A program made the translations under genes and the position numbers. A stretch of 64,000 nucleotides of DNA from assembly GCA_024672315.1 (NCBI GenBank), contig GCA_024672315.1_4714.1. One strand, given 5' to 3'. Positions 59,945-64,000 of this stretch are shown one piece after another (positions within the stretch are counted from its first letter, which is position 1; each line of letters opens with the position of its first letter). This stretch comes from a phage. The notes below the pieces were generated by a model. That model saw only the letters and a program-made list of their open reading frames with translations. It had not been told where the DNA came from and made no database searches.

Positions 59945-61189
59945 ATGCTCATGTCTTCTATTTTACAGGTGTTTAATGCGCATGCGGAAGGCATTGACAT
60001 CGACGAGTATTTTGTTAATCAGGTTATCCGTTACGCGACACGCTTCCGTACGCAAGACCAAGAACATATGCGTTTTTTCGGTGGGGTTCTGTTAGGTGTA
60101 CAGAAAATCCGATTCACAACAAGACATAACGATATGTGGTTTTCCGACGTCTTGATGATGGATGAAGAAAGCTTACGGCGCGATTTGAGTAAACTGCCCT
60201 TTTACAATACACAGACCAACCGTGTCGCCTCGAACGCCTTTAATCTAAGTTGCTGTTGGTTGCTTTATGCGATCTTCCACAGCAAACAAATCAAAAAAGA
60301 AAAGGTTCGTGAAGCCGGGATGCTTGCAGCAATGCAAGTCCTCCATTATAAATTCATTTGCGGTCTGGTAGCACGACGTTATCCTTATAACGCTGATCCG
60401 GCTATCGCTATTAAGGCGTACGATGAGTTAACACTCAAATCAGGCATCAAGCGCATGAATAGCTGGAATGAGTACATCGACGAACGCTGTAATGCCATCA
60501 TTGCGCGCAATAGTACACATTTCAGTCGCTGGTCAACCCTGGAACCTGATAGTGTCGCCGAACGTTTTGTACGTGATGTGAATACTGGAATCCGTAAGGT
60601 TATCAACCGTATCACCGATACGTACTACGCGATGTACGAAGAAGGTAAGAAGATAGGCACGTCTTCTCAAACTGTAGAATTAGACGATGGTCTCGCTGTT
60701 CGCGATATTAAACGCAACGAAACCACTTATCGTCAATATCTGTTCGAGATCGCTTATGACCGAACAAGTTTCGTTAAACGTGAACTCATGGTCGTCATCC
60801 TCGACGTGCATCATACGACCAATCTTTTATCCCTTGAGCGAGCGTTAAGCTATATCAGCGCTAACGTAGAACGACCGACAAGAGACGGAAAACAGGTCTC
60901 TCAGATGTTGCGGCTTGTAATGGAACATGCTATCGAGTATATCATCTTGAATAAGGTCGATATGCGCGATCTCACGTTCTTATTCTACATGCGTAACGTG
61001 TACACGTCTAACCGTACCAGCAACCCGAAACTGTTAGAGCTGCGTAAACTCGGCTCTGAAGTCATTAAGAAAGCAACCAACGCGAGAAACGACGCTGAAG
61101 CCGCAGCGACACGTACCGGTGTCTTTCTGTATATCCTGCTTCGGGTGTTTAGCCGTAACTATTACGTTCGACGTGCGATGTCACGTTAA
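59945..61189 (+). CDS. hypothetical protein
   Basis: 414-aa plus-strand ORF. Confidence 0.45.
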   Translation: MLMSSILQVFNAHAEGIDIDEYFVNQVIRYATRFRTQDQEHMRFFGGVLLGVQKIRFTTRHNDMWFSDVLMMDEESLRRDLSKLPFYNTQTNRVASNAFNLSCCWLLYAIFHSKQIKKEKVREAGMLAAMQVLHYKFICGLVARRYPYNADPAIAIKAYDELTLKSGIKRMNSWNEYIDERCNAIIARNSTHFSRWSTLEPDSVAERFVRDVNTGIRKVINRITDTYYAMYEEGKKIGTSSQTVELDDGLAVRDIKRNETTYRQYLFEIAYDRTSFVKRELMVVILDVHHTTNLLSLERALSYISANVERPTRDGKQVSQMLRLVMEHAIEYIILNKVDMRDLTFLFYMRNVYTSNRTSNPKLLELRKLGSEVIKKATNARNDAEAAATRTGVFLYILLRVFSRNYYVRRAMSR

Positions 61190-61382
61190 CAATGTAACGG
61201 TAAAACTTTACTGACGTTGGTTATTATTTGAAGCATAGGGCTTCACCCAGGAGTACCATCCCTTTAAGTCGTTTGTCCTCTCCTGGTTAACTGTCGTTCT
61301 CTCACAGTGCTCGACAGACCAAAAATGCTCAGGCCTCATAGCCTCCTCTGGGAATGGAACCCAGAGGAGGACTATGTTTGCC

Positions 61383-61691
61383 TTAAAATTCAATGCGACC
61401 TTTTGTCGTAAACAATACACCTCTTTGCCAACAGAAAAGATCCTCCGATTGAGCACAAACACGAATACCCGCATCGAATAGATGTTTTGTTCTGGCGCTT
61501 AAACAATCTGGATCTTCTACATACAACAGAAGACGTTGGCATTTATTTTGAATGCGTTCGACAAGGATATTCTTATCGCTTAAAATAAAATGCGCGTTAT
61601 CTGTTAAGTTATCGTCGGTTTCCAGCTGCTTGACAAGTTTGATTAAAATACGTAATTGCTCAAGTGTGTCATGATCAAGTGAATCACCCAT
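61383..61691 (-). CDS. hypothetical protein
   Basis: Track ORF starts at TTG 61703; ATG at 61691 with GAGGT Shine-Dalgarno preferred. Confidence 0.4.
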   Translation of the reverse strand: MGDSLDHDTLEQLRILIKLVKQLETDDNLTDNAHFILSDKNILVERIQNKCQRLLLYVEDPDCLSARTKHLFDAGIRVCAQSEDLFCWQRGVLFTTKGRIEF

Positions 61692-61776
61692 GGCGTACCT
61701 CAACGTTATACGTCGTTTGTATTATAATACGCTATAGTCTCCCCGCCTATATTAACGGGGAGTCTGCAGACTACTC

Positions 61777-63894
61777 TTAGAAAAAACCGCCCGGACGGTA
61801 TTGACCCATCGTCATCCACGCATTACGAGAAATATTCCGTTCATTCGAAGAGCGGCTTATTTGACGATAAGTATTCGCTCGTTCCTCCCTTGCTTTCGTG
61901 ATCATCGCATCAATAGAAACAGCCGCTGAATCCTCCCCACGTATTTTTCCTTTATACGTAAGAAGCTCTGCCTCCAATCGATCCAAGATAAGGCCGTTGG
62001 TTTCGGTCTTAAGCAACTCATAAATTTCAGCAACGCGCTGACGTAGCTTCGCTTGCTGTTGGTTAAGATACGCTTCATACGGATCGATTTCACCCGTCAC
62101 AGATGCCGGTAAACGACTCATGACTTTAAGCGGATCGATACCGTAATGAATCTGTTTCTTAGCACGCTTGATGAACCACATCGCTAACATCCAGGCGAAC
62201 GTCATGTCATCATGCATTCCATCCTGGTGATCGACACGCCCATCTTTGATAACCAATCCAAGGATCTCGGAACACAACATCTTGTCGCGTAATTGCCCGC
62301 GAGTTTCTACAATACCTTCCATCAAGATGTCGGAATACAACTCCATACGTTTGCGTGCATCCGTTGTGAAGCCCAAATGCCGTTTACGTTGAGCGTACCA
62401 ACTTTCATCACGCATGCTCAATGGCAGTTTCAGGTCTTCGAACATCGCTGGGTTATCAGCATGTCTGTCCACAATCGTGTTGTATACACGTTTGAACACG
62501 TCGATGCCCGCTTGTCTCAGGAACTCTTCAATTGCGTCTAACAACATGATTGCACTGCTTTTACGTTCAGGAATCAACGTAACGTTCTTAAAACGCATCA
62601 TGAAGTTGGCCATCCAACGAGCAAAAGAAAGCAGGCTCAGTTTATTAAAACGTCCTGTCGCAACAACTTCTGCTGTTTCCACATCCACCATCACCAAACC
62701 GATAGCGTCACGACCTATCGCATCACTGGTATCTAAACCAGCAACCACCTTATTGTTCTGCATGTATGTCTCGATTTGACCTCGAGGTATATACCAGTTA
62801 ATGCAGTAGCCTTCAGGTGAGATCTCGATATGGTCGATTTCACGTTGTCCCGCCATGATCATCTCAACCATCTCAGCGGTTAACGGACTTTCTGCTGAAC
62901 CGTTGGTCCAAATGTTCATGTAGTCGCGGTCTTTCTGAAGTTTATCACCTTCCGTTTCGTTCATGGTTTTTGCTAACCATTCGTCACTGAAGCCCAGCTG
63001 AGCATGGTTCCATTGTGCCCCGATCCTGACGGTCGCTTTGCTGAGCTCGCACGGTACGTTGTTCAATACCGTCTGATGCAGATGCTTTTCGTTACGGCAG
63101 TCAAAGAAACTTTCAGAGAACGGCGCTGAACGCATGAAAACTTCATAAGCCCATTTACCTTCACGTTTATCCAATTCACCTGCCGTTGTCGTATAGATGA
63201 TACTTGTCAGGTCGCCGTTGCTTAATGCTTCGTCACGTGCTGCACCCATCGCACCGATACCAGCAGGAACAATGATTTCGATGTATTTCGTAAACGCGGT
63301 TTCGTCGCTGTGGAATAGCGGGGTTGTTAGACCACGACCGATGTTTGTTGCTTGTTTCTTATCCGAACGCGGAATCTTTACCGATAACTTGTTCTTAAAC
63401 CGCGTGTAGGTTACGTTCTCTTTGTTCGATGAATCGCGACTATCCAGCGTCCAGAGATATGCAGGCAACAGATCGCGTATACTACGCACGTCTTCTACCG
63501 TTTTCGTACGGGCATCACCGTCTTTTGTTAACTGAATAACCTCGGTGTTTCGACTACGAACATAGGTTAGATAACAGAACAATCCTAACATGGTCATGGA
63601 TTTACCGGTCTGACGTATCTGTATCTGATACCAGTTCGTTCGGGTAAATATCCCCCAAAGCATCGGAATGTTACCACGGTTAGCACGGAATGAAATTTTG
63701 TTATCGCCCGCTTTAGCCGGAACACGCATCACTTCACGGAAGAAGTACCACGGATTAAGATAGCATTCCGCACTGATCATCTGAATCTGTTCTGACGTCA
63801 AATTCGGTGCGTGGGGATCAACGCCAATCAATCTTGGGTTTAATAACGCCATGAAAAACGCAGAGTTCCGGACACCGAATTCACGACGATACAA
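61777..63894 (-). CDS. terL: terminase large subunit-like protein
   Basis: 705 aa; Walker A IRQTGKS, Walker B TPLFHSDE, TTTAG coupling-like motif, nuclease-domain acidic motifs GLDTSDAIG and DHQDGMHDD. Confidence 0.65.
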   Translation of the reverse strand: MYRREFGVRNSAFFMALLNPRLIGVDPHAPNLTSEQIQMISAECYLNPWYFFREVMRVPAKAGDNKISFRANRGNIPMLWGIFTRTNWYQIQIRQTGKSMTMLGLFCYLTYVRSRNTEVIQLTKDGDARTKTVEDVRSIRDLLPAYLWTLDSRDSSNKENVTYTRFKNKLSVKIPRSDKKQATNIGRGLTTPLFHSDETAFTKYIEIIVPAGIGAMGAARDEALSNGDLTSIIYTTTAGELDKREGKWAYEVFMRSAPFSESFFDCRNEKHLHQTVLNNVPCELSKATVRIGAQWNHAQLGFSDEWLAKTMNETEGDKLQKDRDYMNIWTNGSAESPLTAEMVEMIMAGQREIDHIEISPEGYCINWYIPRGQIETYMQNNKVVAGLDTSDAIGRDAIGLVMVDVETAEVVATGRFNKLSLLSFARWMANFMMRFKNVTLIPERKSSAIMLLDAIEEFLRQAGIDVFKRVYNTIVDRHADNPAMFEDLKLPLSMRDESWYAQRKRHLGFTTDARKRMELYSDILMEGIVETRGQLRDKMLCSEILGLVIKDGRVDHQDGMHDDMTFAWMLAMWFIKRAKKQIHYGIDPLKVMSRLPASVTGEIDPYEAYLNQQQAKLRQRVAEIYELLKTETNGLILDRLEAELLTYKGKIRGEDSAAVSIDAMITKAREERANTYRQISRSSNERNISRNAWMTMGQYRPGGFF

Positions 63895-64000
63895 GATCGC
63901 TAAATCACGCCAACTTGTGTTTGTTGTTTCCCAGTGTGGAACAGCCTGAGGAAAATAATCCCAATCTTCCTCAAACAGGATGATTTTCTTCGGATCAACA

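Noticed and set aside
61704-61740. Perfect TATAAT hexamer (GCGTATTATAATAC) as a sigma-70 promoter
   Set aside because: No convincing -35 element at correct spacing, and the phage appears to use its own RNAP motifs; a single hexamer is expected by chance in AT-rich spacer.
1-64000. CRISPR arrays, rRNA and tRNA genes
   Set aside because: No regularly spaced direct repeats and no rRNA-like segments were seen; no cloverleaf-like tRNA candidate was evident in the few long intergenic gaps (48709..49007, 58049..58353), though a tRNA cannot be excluded without a dedicated scan.

Overview
This 64-kb window looks like a slice of a large, gene-dense bacteriophage genome, most consistent with a jumbo phiKZ-like (chimallivirus-type) phage of an enterobacterial host. 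All calls are from reading the sequence and the six-frame track; no database search was run. About 75 ORFs, mostly on the minus strand, are packed with short intergenic gaps and frequent ATGA stop/start overlaps. Recognisable products are: a thymidylate synthase very close to E. coli ThyA but with two in-frame insertions; fragments of a split multisubunit RNA polymerase (beta-prime N-terminal, beta-prime C-terminal, beta C-terminal); a PhuZ-like tubulin; an SF2 helicase interrupted in its P-loop by an intein carrying a LAGLIDADG homing endonuclease; a second SNF2-like helicase; an Mre11/SbcD-like nuclease; a small metallophosphoesterase; an HD-domain protein; a DUF285/BspA-like repeat protein; an SSB-like protein; and a large terminase subunit. 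The most striking signal is that the beta-prime N-terminal gene appears to be interrupted exactly inside its catalytic NADFDGD motif by two tandem, homologous, ORF-less group I introns separated by a 13-nt micro-exon. Non-coding signals include three copies of a 25-nt motif with a TATATTAC core (probable phage-RNAP early promoters) and a family of CCCTCCC/GGGAGGG hairpins, many followed by TTTATGCCG. No CRISPR array, rRNA or tRNA was recognised by eye.
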